Source: Gracilinanus agilis
Taxonomy: Eukaryota
Length of the DNA: 64,000 nt
Reading direction: 5' to 3'
NCBI RefSeq assembly: GCF_016433145.1
Contig: NC_058130.1
Coordinates: 132,853,214-132,917,213, forward strand
Position 1 is the first letter of the stretch; each line of letters opens with the position of its first letter. A program made the translations under genes and the position numbers. This document shows, piece by piece, positions 45,534 through 58,799 of this stretch. Under the pieces are notes generated by a model that did no database searches, had not been told where the DNA came from, and saw nothing but the letters and a program-made list of their open reading frames with translations.

Positions 45534-45706
45534 TAATCAAGACTTAATAAGCTCAAAGCAAAGACAGTTACCAAAATATGGTAACTATAGTAGTTACAAA
45601 ACATTTGCCCATAAATATCCTTAGCATCAATGGGAAGAATGGATACAAATTTAGAGTACATCTATGTGGCATCTACAATAGAAGGACACAAGTATAAGTA
45701 TACTTA

Positions 45707-46305
45707 TGTAAGATCTACATAAAAGAACACAGGGCCAAAGGTACTCATGCCTCAAGTACTACAGGGTCCCAATGTTCTCCTTGTAGAGATCTCATGCCTC
45801 AAGTGCTAAGCAAATTGAAAGGCTGCAACTGGTTTCTTTGGAGAGGAGGAGAGACAGGAAGTGATGTGGAAAAAGGGGTCTAAAAAGAGACCAACATGGT
45901 ATGGATTCAATTCCTTTCCTGGCATTTGGAGTGAGTGGCTGAGATTCCTTTCCTGGCATTTGGAGGAGACTTTTCACCTGGATCCTGTGTTGACTTGCTG
46001 GGTGAATGGCTGAGATTCCTGCCTTGGCTTTGGAGGAGGCTGAGCTGGTGGACTTCTGGCTGAAGACTCCACATGGTGTTTGGACTTAGGGAAGCCCCTG
46101 CCAAGGATGATGAGCCAGACCTCACCAGAGAAGGGCTGGTAGGCTTGTCTCTTTTCTACATTTCCACTTTCACTCTTTCCACCTCTTTGTAATTAAAAGC
46201 TTCTAAAAGTCATTTTGACTTAAGCTATGATGTTTTGAAATCAGCAACCACAATATTACTTTATAACTCTCTTATTAAGTAGAAAACCTAAATTTAAGCC
46301 TTACA
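45707..46305 (+). mobile_element. ERV solo LTR (about 600 bp)
   Basis: tgtaag...cttaca inverted ends, internal short direct repeats, ATTAAA near 46192; TSD not recognisable. Confidence 0.65.
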
Positions 46306-46440
46306 TAACATAAAGCAACTCTCTATGATATAATATAAAGTAACTCTATAACATAAAGTAACTCTCTATAAAATAACATAAAGTAACTCTATAATTTAAG
46401 TAATTATAATATAATATTTAATGTAATGTAACTCTATAAT
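46306..46440. repeat. AT-rich minisatellite (about 20-bp unit acataaagtaactct(ct)ata)
   Basis: Four to five degenerate copies abutting the LTR end. Confidence 0.75.
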
Positions 46441-48099
46441 AAGACCATAAGTTGCAAACAAGGTGCTCACCTGTATGGGTAGGAGTTTCCTCATCTGAGA
46501 GTTATGCAAAAAAAAGATGTCATCTCTATACTTTTCCAGAGCTGGGGCAGAGAAGCTGATTCTTTTGTTGATCAGGCCTAGGTCCCAAATCTGCAAGAGC
46601 CCAGTCTTTTGGGAAAGGATTGAGTGAAGGAGGGGGCAGCCCTCAGGCATCAAAGATCCAAAAAAGATAGAGATAAAGCATTACACAAATAAGTAATGAT
46701 GTAACGATTAAGTACAGATGTCTTCCTCTATGCAGAATGGGCATTTCATCAGAAAGACAGGTGGGCCTACAATGCTCAGGGATGGGATTTTAGCTAGATA
46801 CCCTGAGCATAATCTCAACACTGACCACCAGGTGTCCCTCTGAGCTCAAGTGTGGACTTCTGCAAATACTCAGACTTCATTGCCTGCCACTGTTCCTGTG
46901 CATGTACTCCCAAGTCTTCCAGGCATCCTATTACCTAACCAGTTTCTATCTTGGCTCAGTCTCAGATTTGAAATGTAAAGATTACATCATTGAGTATTTC
47001 ATAAGCTTAACAAAATGAACTACTTTGTCTACATTCCTTGAAGATTCTTATCCCAACTTCGCATACCCCAAAGGAACAGACACTCCCATCATAGATTAAA
47101 GAACCTTTACTGAGTGGAATCCAAAGCAAAAAGATACAATATTAAAAATGAGCAGTGGTACTATCTACTTGTAGTATGACGTCTCTAGTCTTCCTCTCCA
47201 TCTTTGGCCAGGGTATCACAAACCACAACCAAGGAGCTTTTCAGAGAAGCTTTTTATAGCTTTCTGTTCAAAGCCAATGGGAAAAAGAGGAGAAATTGGG
47301 TCACCAACATCTTACTCCTAGGAGTTCTTGGGACCTTGGGAAATGAGATAATTCAAGATCAGGAGGTGCCTGGGACTTTTCCTAAGGGTGGCCTTTGCTC
47401 ATCGTGCCCCATTGGAATCTTTACATTTGGTCATGCCTTCTTAACTCAGCTGTGCTGACGTGTTCGAATCCTTGTAATGGTTACCTCACCAGCAATCTGA
47501 AAGCTGCCAAATTTGACCCATGGACAGGATGACCCGTCCTTGAAATGACATGATAGGCTCACCATCCTGGCTATGAACATTGGTTTGGGAGGAAGAGAAC
47601 TTGGATTCAAGTTCTGCTTTTCACTCTTACTACTTGTGTGACCTTAGGCAAACCACAAACTCCTAGGACCTCAGTTTTATCATCTGTAAGGTGGGTGGGA
47701 GTGAGGGTGGGACTGAACCAGATCCTTCTAGCTTTAGATCTATGATCCTCTGAGATCTCGTTAATATAACTAGTGTGATACCTGTAAAGCAGGTGCTCAT
47801 CTTTGTTTTAGAAGCTTGAATGAACTATTCCAGACAATCCAACTCCATAACCCTGCATTTCTCCTTGTTGCTTTAAAGTTTTAGAGATTTAGTGACTGTT
47901 TCAAAATGCAATTTCCCATTCAAAGCTGACCTCAGATTCTCCCTAGCTATGTGACCCTGGGCAAGTCATTTAACCCCAATTGCCTAGCCTTTACTGCACT
48001 TCTTCCTTGAACCCAATACACAGTATCGATTCTAAGATAGGTTATATGTTTGTTTGTTTTAATAGAATATGTTGAATCTGCTTTAGAGCAAAGACATGG

Positions 48100-50340
48100 C
48101 CCAAATAAAATACTACAAGAAACTTCAAAAGGAAAGGATCTCTTTCAGTTGTGGAGGATGATACCTGAGTTGGATCTTGAGTAGCGAGAATCTTTCAACA
48201 GTTGAAGACAGAAGTCCTTTCTGGATTGACTAGGGACAATGTGAACAAAAACAGGGGTGGGAAAGTACAAGATGTTTTGAGGGAGGGTAACATCTGAGAG
48301 TTTGGGAAAATGAGCAGTTGCAGATATGGCTGGATTTATAGGCTGAGGGACAGATATTGAAGGACTTTGAATGCTAGACCAAAGAGTTTAGAATTTATCT
48401 TCTGGGCAGTGGGGAGCAGGTCAGGGTTGACATGAGGAGGCTTGTACAATAGGAAGATGACTTGGGCAGCTTCATGAAGGATGGACTGGATAGGAGAGGG
48501 ACAGAAGGCAGGGAGACCTGTGAAGAGGCTATTGAAATGGTCTAGTGGAGAGATAATGAGATCTTGGATCAGATTATTGGTCAAGGGAATGGAGGAAAGG
48601 ACACAGATGGAAAAGATATTGAAGATAAGGTAGAACAGCTAAGTGGGAGGTAGTTTGTAGAGGGAGTTCTGGGCCTGGAGTCAGGAAGTCCTTATATCAA
48701 ATCCAGCCTCTGAGATTTACTAGTTATTTGTCTTTGGGCAAATCACTTAACCTCAGTTTGTCTCAGTTTCCTTATCTGTAACAGATAATAATAGCACCTA
48801 CCTCCCAGTGTTATTTTGAGAATCAAATGAAACAATATTTGTAAAGCTCTTAGCGCAATGCCTGGCATTTAGAATGCATTATATTAATGCTAGCTAGTGG
48901 TAGTGATGATGGTGGTGGTGGTGGTGATGATGGGAGGAGGAGGAGAAGGAAGGAGAAGGAGAAGGACGAAGAGGAGGTGTACTTGGAGACTAACTGGATA
49001 TGAAGGGAGGAAATCCAAGGAAGGGGGAAGAACCAGAAATGACTCCAAAGTTTCAAGTATCAAAACTAGGTGAAAGTTAATTTTATTGACAGAACTCAAA
49101 AGTATTGAGGAAGAATAAAAGATGTGTTGTATTTTGGACCTGTTGAATATCCAAGTAGATATGCCCATAAAGTTAGTAGAGATGTGTAATAAGTGGATAA
49201 TGTGGGTAATAAATGGAGCTGGTGGTACAAGAGAGTCACCTGGGCCTGGGAGCCTGTAACTACAGTTGCAGGAGATTTGGGGCTGTCAGTGATGCCTAGT
49301 CAATCTCCCCTGCTAGCTATAGGCTCCTTTAAGGTGGAGAGTGAAGGGCCCCTCCCTGCTGGAGTAACTGTCTCCCTATTGGGTAAAAGCAGAACTCAAC
49401 AGGAAGCGGACCTCACACACTTCCTGGATACAATGGTGGCTTGCTCAGTACCTCCTTTAAAGTTAACTGGTTGATATTCTCCCCTCCCCTCAGCCCCTTA
49501 GCCTAGGGTGATGTTATAATAATTACAGGAACTCTCAGTTGCAGGCTAAGGGTTTTATTTTATTTAACTTCAAGGGGAAACTGAGGAAAGAGGGTTTAGG
49601 GTCTTGAGAAGTTGTTGCTAGGGGCAACTGGCAAGTGTTGGCAATGGACCTAGAAGGTAGGGTCAGGCTGAGGGAACCAGCCCTCAGCCAGAGATAATTT
49701 AACACTGTCCTGATGTATTTTGGTCCACCAGCTAGACAGATATATTTGTTAAGTTGGTACAGGGGTGTCCCTGTTGTTAGGCTACTCTAATCTAAATCCT
49801 GCCCACTTTCCACAACCCAAACCTTCCTTCAACCTCCCGGGGTCCCCAAGGGGAAGTCAGAGGTAGCTGGGTGTCTGGGTAAGGTCAAGGAAATCAGAAC
49901 CCCCAGGTTGTTTTTTGTTTTTTGTTTTTTTAACCCTTAACTTCTGTGTATTGACTTATAGGTGGAAGAGTGGTAAGGGTAGGCAATGGGGGGTCAAGTG
50001 ACTTGCCCAGGGTCACACAGCTGGGAAGTGTCTGAGGCCAGATTTGAACCTAGGACCTCCCTGTCTCTAGGCCTGGCTCTCAATCCACTGAGCTACCCAG
50101 CTGCCCCTCCCCCCCTCCCCCGTTGTTTTTGCAGGGGTTTTTATAGTCCCAGCTCAACTGTCAGCTCCTGGGACTGGCACCTGCCAGCCAGAGTTCCATT
50201 CTTCTAAATGACAGGATTGCCTAGGGTAATATTGCAAATATAAGAAGTCTTGCATAAATCCTGCATTACAGATGTAGAGCTGGAGCTCTGGAACATAGGT
50301 CAGGGTTGGAAATGGAGATTTTTAAGTCCAGAGTTGATTA
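48100..50340 (-). mobile_element. L2 fragments, interrupted by a MIR/MAR-type SINE and an LTR
   Basis: L2-type sequence is continuous across the LTR (agtagagatg|tagagctggagctc); boundaries approximate. Confidence 0.6.
49185..50270 (-). mobile_element. ERV solo LTR containing a nested SINE
   Basis: tgtaat...attaca ends; 4-bp TSD GATG (49181-49184 and 50271-50274); minus-strand SINE at about 49916-50107 with a gttgttttt duplication. Confidence 0.85.
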
Positions 50341-50579
50341 GATGGCAAGAAATGCTCCATTTCCCCAAAAGCCTTCCCAAGCCTGCTCTGGTCTCTCTTT
50401 GTCCTGGGTCTGCATAATCTGGTACAGTGCCTTTATACAATAGGAGTTTAAAAAAAAGAAGAAGAAGCAGCAGCAGCTTATTGGCTTAACTGATTTACAA
50501 AGAATGTGAATAATATGTCCAGCTCAAGACCGCCCTTTAAAGTAGACAGGATAGATATTGGGTGATTTTGGTATGTGAC

Positions 50580-50815
50580 TGCAGGGATATGTTAGAGCCA
50601 ATTCTCAGAGCCAATTTTACACTTTGAGTGTGAGCATTTACACCCCGAGAATCAACAAGAACTACAAATTGGGGCTTTATTTATTATTCTGTTTGTCATA
50701 TAGACTTAAGAAAGTGATGGAAAAATGTTAATAATTCAGATTAAACTTAAAAGTATGTCTTGCATAATTTTTTCTGGAGAGCTGATAATTAAATATTTAC
50801 CAACAAATCCCTGTA
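50580..50815 (-). mobile_element. MdoRep1-like marsupial interspersed repeat
   Basis: gtgtgagcatttacacc...gacttaagaaagtgatggaaaaatgttaataat...aaatatttacca; family by recall. Confidence 0.55.
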
Positions 50816-51077
50816 GGTATGGCTCCTATTTCAATCCACCCAAATAGGGATAACATGGACCTCTATCATAGAAGTACTCAACAGACAATATGAATATCAG
50901 TTATGGAAGAAATTTTATATCATCTATCAGAAAATATCTAAGCCACAAAGGACTCTACACTCAAATAGCCCATTAGACTCATTAGTCTTCAACCAAAAGG
51001 TAAAGATGCTTAGTGGTATTGCCCATGATTCATGACTCAACTTGGAATTTTCATGGCAAAAATACTAAAGTGGTTTA

Positions 51078-51702
51078 TGTTGTGGCTGCCTGCAGCCACA
51101 AATTAATATATTCGTGGATAGACACCCGAGAAAGAGAGTTAGAAACCGAGGGAAAATGGGTGAAGGGGACAGAGAGAGAGAGAGAGAGAGGGAACGCAAC
51201 AAAGGAAGAAAGACTCAGAGACAAAAGAATTGTAGCAAAAGAGTAGGCCTTAACAGTGAGTAGCCTCTAGATGGAACAGAGCTCTGAGAGGGTGTTGTGA
51301 AGAACCTCAGTGGAATAAAGCTTTTTCGTGTTCCGCCTTACTCATTTTTATTGGGGTTACAGAAAGGAAGGGGGAAGGGCCAAAGGTGATCCGACAATTT
51401 AGGTGATCATCACAAAACACAAACTGCCTTGCACTTAATGCCCCAAATCCAGAGCACATATGGCCTAAGGGATATAAGCTTGTTTGATACATATATTAAT
51501 GGATTGTTATTGGCAAAAAAGGTAGACTGAGATAACTGACCAGTCTTCTGGAGTGCAGCTTCAGGAAAAGGCTAGGAATTTAACAAGGTAAAGGTTCAAT
51601 TTAATTCAAGGTTATAGAAACCAATCATAAGAAATATCATAAGAGTCAGCTTTTTGAGTATTCCTAAAATAATATCAAGATTAATAAGCCTGGACTCCTA
51701 CA
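51078..51702 (-). mobile_element. ERV solo LTR inserted in a MAR1-like SINE
   Basis: TG...CA ends; 5-bp TSD GTTTA (51073-51077 and 51703-51707); the host SINE motif aaaatactaaagtggttta|ccatttccttctcc is split. Confidence 0.85.
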
Positions 51703-52296
51703 GTTTACCATTTCCTTCTCCATCTAATTTTTTTTTACAGTTGAGGAAATGGAGGTAAATAGGGTTAAGGGACTTGCCCATAGTCACACAGCTAATGAAT
51801 GTCTGAGACCAGATTAGAACTCAGGAAGATAGATGAGTCTTCCTGATTGGAGGCCTGACAACTCTATCTACTGCACCACCTAGCTATTTCATACTTCCTG
51901 GTACTACTGAAAAAAATACTTCCCGTTCACCTTGTTGATGTTATATAGTATTCTAAAGGGACCTAAACAGTTCACTTGAATAACTCCCTTCCCAGCCATA
52001 GGAATGTAGACATATAGAGCTGAAAAGGACTTCAGAGGTCTTCTGGTCCAACCTGAAGCCCAGAGAGTTGCCCAAATTTGCCTCCCAAAAATCTTTGAAA
52101 CCAGTGATCTTTGAAAACAGGTGCTTTGAGTATCAACTAGCAGCCTTCCTGATATACCAGGATACCCTCCCCTTCCCTACTCTGAATTCCTATAATCTTT
52201 ATACTATCCATTAAAAAAAACACACACAATCTTTTTAAGCACTGAGCTTATACCCTATCCACCAAAACTGATGTTATCAAAAATAAACATGAATTT

Positions 52297-52492
52297 GGGG
52301 GCAGCTGGGTAGCTCAGTGGATTGAGAGCCAGGCCTAGAGACGGGAGGTCCTAGGTTCAAATCCAGCCTCAGACACTTCCCAGCTGTGTGACCCTGGGCA
52401 AGTCACTTGACCCCCCATTGCCTACCCTTACCACTCTTCCACCTATAAGTCAATACACAGAAGTTAAAGGGTTTTAAAAAAAAAATCTAAAA
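52297..52492 (+). mobile_element. Very young SINE1_Mdo-like SINE
   Basis: CpG retained (gagacgggagg); 18-bp TSD aaaaataaacatgaattt. Confidence 0.92.
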
Positions 52493-53969
52493 AAAATAAA
52501 CATGAATTTAATTTTGCATTAACAGTAAACTCAATAAAAATAGCAGGTTTCTAAAAAATCTCGTATATTTTTATATTTCTTTTGCTACCGTTTAATTTAT
52601 GAGAGTCATATCTTCCTAATTATTCTGAGCTCCTTGAAATCAGGGATCATGTCTTATATTTCTTTTGCATCCTCCACAAAGCTTATCACAGGTGGTATCC
52701 AATAAATACTTGTTGGTTGACAGGGGTAGGAGCAATGGGTGGGGAACTAATAAGAGCACAGGGGAAAAGGGTATCTAGGTAGCACAGTGGATAGAATATA
52801 AGGCCTGGAGTTGAGAGGACCTGGGTTCAAATATGGTCTCACACATCCCTGGTCAAGACACTAGTCTTGCCTAGCCTTTGTTATTCTTCTATTTTAGAAT
52901 TGCCACCAAGAAAGAAGGTGAGGGTTTGTTTTTTGGTTTGGGTTTTTTTTTTTTTTTTAAACAGAGTATAGGAAAAGGAAGCTCTGTTTCTAAAGGAAGG
53001 GAGAAAATAAACATTTATTAACTGCCTAGGTTGTGTCAGGCCCTTTACAAATATTTTCTCCTTTGATCCTTACAAGTCTTAGGGGTGAGTGCTATTATTA
53101 TTCTCATTTTACAGTTGAGGAAACCAAGGAAGAGGAAAATAGAGATCCTACAGCAAATAAGTATCCTAGTCTCTTGATCTGAATTCAGGTATTCTTGACT
53201 CTAGACCAAGCACTCTATTCACTGTGCCACATAGCTACCTATCACTCATTGCAGAGTAATTGGTGACTTCTGAGCCTTTGGTGTGAGTGAGCAGACCCCA
53301 CTGATCTCTAGACCCTTGGGAAATTCCCTTAAACTCTAACCACTGATGGGAGCCCTTGTCCCCACTTTTGCAGAGGTGGCATTAGGTAGTGGAAGGAGAC
53401 TTGTGAAGATCTAGATCAGAATCTTATCTCTTACACTGTGTGAAGAAAAGTGAACCAATTAATCTCTCCAGCCTTAGTGCTTTCATTTGTACAAGTGGGG
53501 CTAATACCCATAGGACCAACTTCTCAGACTTATTTCTGTGACATTCAAAGGAAATAATGAAAACAAAGTTGTAAATCTTAAAGCTTTCTATAATTGGCAA
53601 CTATGACCATTGACCTTGCATTCAGTGGGGGAAACAGGCATTGTGAAAGAAAACAAGAACATTAACCTAATGTGTCTTTAATTTACTCTGTGTTCTTGGG
53701 CAAATTATGTTACCTCTCTGGTTATAGACTTTAAATATTTGAAGGATGAGGCCAATAATTACAACCTAGTTGGATTTGTTAAGCAATAATAACATATTTT
53801 AAGAGTATTTCATGGCTCTCAATTATTCTCATTGTCTCCAATAAACTAGTGCCTTGTTAGCTTCAGGGCCAAAAGAGAGACAAACCAAAGTTGGACATTC
53901 CCAGGAGTAGAGCAGGAGATAAACTCCCAAGATTGAACCTGGTCCATGCAGGCTTAGAGCTTACTTATC

Positions 53970-54370
53970 TGAAGCCTCAAGTTTCATCATCAAAAATATT
54001 CCTGGCAGCATTATTTGTAAGGGCAAAATTCTGTAAACAAGCTAGAGTTCCCAACATAAGGAAGAGAATGAAGAGATCTGGGTATTATGAAATTCTGTTG
54101 TGCCATAAGAGGGAAAAAATGAAGAATTCAAAGAAATATGAGATGTCAGAGGGGGAAAAAGAGCTAAAAAAATACATTCTGATTACTAATATATCTCTAA
54201 AGACAAAAAATAACAGCAGCAAATCCATGTTAAATACACAGAAAAGTTCAAAAGTGACCAAGGAAATGAGCAGGACAATTCGGCTACTCTCTCATTTTAT
54301 AATTGTGCCTACAAGCACATACTCATGCATATACACATATATCAAATTTTTTTTGTTGACTTGGGTATTT
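53970..54370 (+). mobile_element. Old L1 ORF2 C-terminal fragment
   Basis: Degenerate KIFLAALFV...GYYEILLCHKR L1 motif in ORF 53891-54409. Confidence 0.65.
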
Positions 54371-57300
54371 GAATACTTATACTTATTGAACCAAGAGGCT
54401 GCTAGGTAGCATAGTGGATAGAGTGCCAACTCTAGAGTCAGGAAGACTCTTCTTTCTGAGTTCAAATTCAGCTTCATACACTTACTAGCTATGTGACCCT
54501 GAGCAAGTCTCTTAATCCTGTTTGCTTCAGTTTTCCCATCTGTAAAATGAACTGGAGAAGGAAAGGGCAAACCATTCTAATATCTTTGTCAAAAAAACCC
54601 TCAGATGGGATCACAAAGAGTTCAATATGGCTAAAACAAATAAACAACACTGATGCAAGCTAATACCAAAAAATTGCCTCCTAACTGGTTTTTCTACCTC
54701 CAGTATATTCCCTCCTCTGTCCAAACTTACACAGCTGTCAAAATAATTTCTTTAAGGCATAATTGACCTTCGTATTCTCTTGCTCAAAAATCTTCAGTGG
54801 TTCCCTATGGCCTTCAATATAAAATACAAAATCCCAAGCCTGGATTTTAAGACACACCCCCATAATCTGACTCTAATCTACTTTGTAGCCTTATTTTATT
54901 TTATTTTATTTTATAGGACTTTAGAGTGATCAGACTTATTCCTGTCACAACTCTTTCTCCTGAACAAATTGGACTCCTAAGAATTCCCCCAAACTTGATA
55001 TTCAATCTCCTTCTGCCTCTTTTGGTTTTTTCTCTCTCACACAAACAACACATTGAAATAATTTCCTGTGCTTAGAAGCCATTCCCTCCTAACCTTATTT
55101 CAGAATCCTTTTCCTCTGAGGTTTAGCTCAATTGTCATCTCCCAGCAGAAGTAATGAGGTGGTTCAGTGGTTAGGAGTAAAGGCCCGAATCAGGAAGATG
55201 AGCTCAAATCCTACCTCAGATACTTACTAGTTAAGTGATCTTAGACAAGTCATTTAACTTCTATCTCAATTTCCTTAACTGTAAAATGGGGATGGGGCAG
55301 CTAGATGGCACAGTGTGTCGAGCACTAGACTGGGAATCAGGAAGACTCATCCTCATGAGTTCAAATCCTGCTTCAAACACTACCTGTAGTGAATCACTTA
55401 ACCCTGTTTGCCTCAGTTTCCTCATTGTAAAACAAACTGGAGATGGAAATGGCAACCATTCTAGGATTGCTGGCAGTAAAACCCCCAATAGGGTCACAAA
55501 GAGTTGGACACAACTGAAACGACTCAACTACAAAAATTGGGGTGATGATACTATATACCTCTACCTCCCAGGGTTGTGAAGATTAAATGAAATAATATTA
55601 GTAAAGTATCTGGTATATAGCAGATGCTTAATAAATGTTTGTTTCCTTCTTCTCTGAATCCTTTCCTGATTCTCCCAGATCATAGGATCAGAGGTCATAG
55701 ATTTAAAACTAGAAAGTATTTCAAGAGCCATCAAGTCCAGCCTCCTTATTTTTACAGATGAGGGAACTGAGGCCAATGGAGGTTAAGTGACTTGCTCAAG
55801 GTCAGCATGTAGTATGCAATTTCTGACTCTACTCAAACTTAAATGTTCTTTCCCTTCTCAAAATTTCCTAGAACACTCTGATCTCATCTTTTCCCCCTTT
55901 ACTTCCTACTTAATATTATAAATTCTGTTGAAACTCCTTTGCTTGGCAGTTAAAATCCTTGGTAACCTTTGTTCTCCATCTAAACTGGACAACTTGAATA
56001 TACTCCTCCTGTATGCCATTGTTCTCTCTTTTTGGAATATCTTCTCTCTTCTTCTTTGAATTCCTATCCTTCCTTAAAGCCCAATTCAAATACCACCTCT
56101 CCATGAAGCCTTCTGTGATCCCTTGGATTACTAACAAATTTCCCTTTGGGCCTCACATTGCATTTTGTTTTGCAACCCTCTAATATGTTTATCACATAAT
56201 AACATGTGCATAATATCCTGTGTTTCTGTTTTATCCCCTTCCTGACTAAATCAGCTCCAAAAAGGCAGGAACTGTGGCTTATCTAAGTTTTTACATGCTT
56301 CAGTTCTTTGCATGGTGTTCAGTACTTCAAGGGTCTATGATTTCCTTGATGTGGGAACTTCCTTCACCAAGGCAAGTCCCAACCCCTGTAGCCTAGGTAA
56401 GGATCTTTTGTAGCTAAATAGCAGGGTGAATAGAGCAAAGGTCCTAGAGTCGGGAAGATTTTTTTGTCATCAGTTCAAATACAGCCTCAGATACTTCCTA
56501 GCCCTGTAACCCAGGGCAAGTCACTTAATCCTGTTTGCCCCATTTCTCCATCTGTAAAATGAGCTGGAAAGGAAATAGCAAACCACTCCAGTATCTCTGC
56601 TAAGAAAACCCCAAATGGGGTTACAAAGAAATAGACATGATTGAAACAACTGAACAATGACCACATAGGGGGGTCGTTAGAGAGTTTCTGCAGTTGAAAA
56701 ATTTTTCCCTTTGGGACAATGTGATGAAAAGGCCTCACATGTGGAAGGTGCTTAATAAATATTTATTGAATTAATAAATCTTCTAGAATTTATGTTTCAC
56801 TGGCATAGCTTTAGGACCCAGAATGATAGTGGAATAGGAATTCAACTGTCTGATGGGTTAACTGGCATTTGTGAAGTTTCCTGGGAATCTAACCACATTG
56901 TTTCTATGAGAAAATCATTTGACGTTTCCAGCTGACCTACAAATGAACTTTTGGACATTCACAACATTCACAAGTTGGGAACAGGCTGTACAAGTCAAAA
57001 ACTTGGTGATAAGATGGGAGATGAATGACATGATGAGATGAAGAAGAGGAAGGCCTGTCATTCCTGGTTGTAGGTGAATATAGATGAAGAAAACTTGGGG
57101 AGTTTCTGCTCCCCAAGAGCACAGAAGATTTCTGGAGGTTCTGTTTCTATGTTTTATGGCAAAAGTAGAGGCAGAAACTCTGTAGGTAAACAAATTAAGC
57201 AATAAATAAATATTGTAAAGCCAGGCAAGCTGGGTGGACCAATCTCTGTGCAAAGTCAACAAACAGGGGATATACGTTCAAGGCCTCCCTTAGGATGGCC

Positions 57301-57789
57301 CTGGATGGCCTTCCTATCTTTCCTATATTTACCTTTATAAACCCAGCACTGTAATTAACATAATCTCCCTGATTAACTGCCCTTCCTTTCCTCTATATTC
57401 ACCTAAGTCCTCCTTTGCTTTCAAAGTCCAGTTCTATTCCTTCCAAAAATTTTTGACTATCTTTCTCAACTCTAGAATCTTGTCATCCTTAATCTCTGTT
57501 CATTCATTTCCTCCCTGGCATGGAAGGGCAAGCTTCTAACTCATTTGACTTTTCCTGTATATTATGTGTAGTCCCCTCAATTCGTGTGTACTCCCCTCAG
57601 TGCAGTTGTCTCACCTTTAAGGTAGGCCCATTCATCTTTGTGTTTCCTGAATGCCCAGGGGAGTTCCATATATAGCAGATACTCAAAAAAAAGTTTGTTG
57701 GTAATGATTTTTAGATTTTAAAAAAAGTAGCACAATAGGTGGCCACTAGGTCAGGAAAAATGTCAGCATCTAGGAGATGTAGGAAATAG

Positions 57790-58262
57790 AGTCACTAAGT
57801 GGCTCAGTGGTTAGAGTGCTGGTCCTAAAGTCAAGAAAATTTATCTTCATGAATTAAAATCTAGTCTCAGCCACTTACTAGCTGTGTGACCCCGAGAAAG
57901 CCAACTCAACCCTGTTTACCTCAGTTTCCTTATTTGTAAAATGAGCTAGAGAAGGTTGACAAACCATTCTAGTATCTTTGTCAAGAAAACTCCAAATGGG
58001 GGTGGGGGGCAGCTGGGTAGCTGGGTAGCTCAGTGGATTGAGAGCCAGACCTAGAGATGGGAGGTCCTAGGTTCAAGTCTGGCCCCAGACACTTCCCAGC
58101 TGTGTGACCCTGGGCAAGTCACTTGACCCCCATTGCCTACCCTTACCAATCTTCTGCCTTGGGGCCAATACTTTGACTCCAAGAGGAAGGTAAGGGTTTA
58201 AAAAAAAAAAAAAGAAAACTCCAAATGGGTTCAGGAAGAGTACGATATGACTGAATGACAAC
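57790..58262 (+). mobile_element. MAR1-like CORE SINE with a nested SINE1_Mdo-like copy (58006-58212)
   Basis: aagaaaactccaaatggg is duplicated on both sides of the inner SINE. Confidence 0.8.
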
Positions 58263-58799
58263 AACAACAGCAAGGAGATGTCCATGAACTAAGAAAATGG
58301 GCAAAAAAAGGCAAAAGAATGGATGTTCAGTAACGGGATCAAGGATGAGACTCTGATATGGAGTTTTCCTTTCAACCTGATGAAGTCCAGTCCTAATCAA
58401 ACTTGGGCTAAGGGAAATGATAGCTGAAAATAACTGGTAGTGAGTATGGGTGGAGATAGGAATTAAGATGTATTTCTTTTTGTTTTGGTTATTTTTTTGC
58501 ACTCTCAGGCATATTTATGATTTTGTTACATGGAGAATCCAGAGCTATAACTAGATAAATCACTGTGCTTAGGGAAAGAGGGGTAATAAAATGGGCTCTT
58601 TATGAAGAATTCATAATGGTGACTAGAGAATGTCTCATGGGCATTCTTTAGGATGCCTCAAGACTACTACTGGGACTACAAGGCTGACACCAGCAGTGGA
58701 GGTCATGGAGCAAAGTGGTGAAGGCTAAACTGGTAGAAAGTCACCTAGAGTTCCACCAGGCTTACTGAGAGGAAATAAACATTATCTGGTAGATTCCTA

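Noticed and set aside
46396-47560. Exon-like segments and short ORFs on both strands
   Set aside because: No recognisable protein, phases do not chain, and part overlaps a common marsupial repeat motif.
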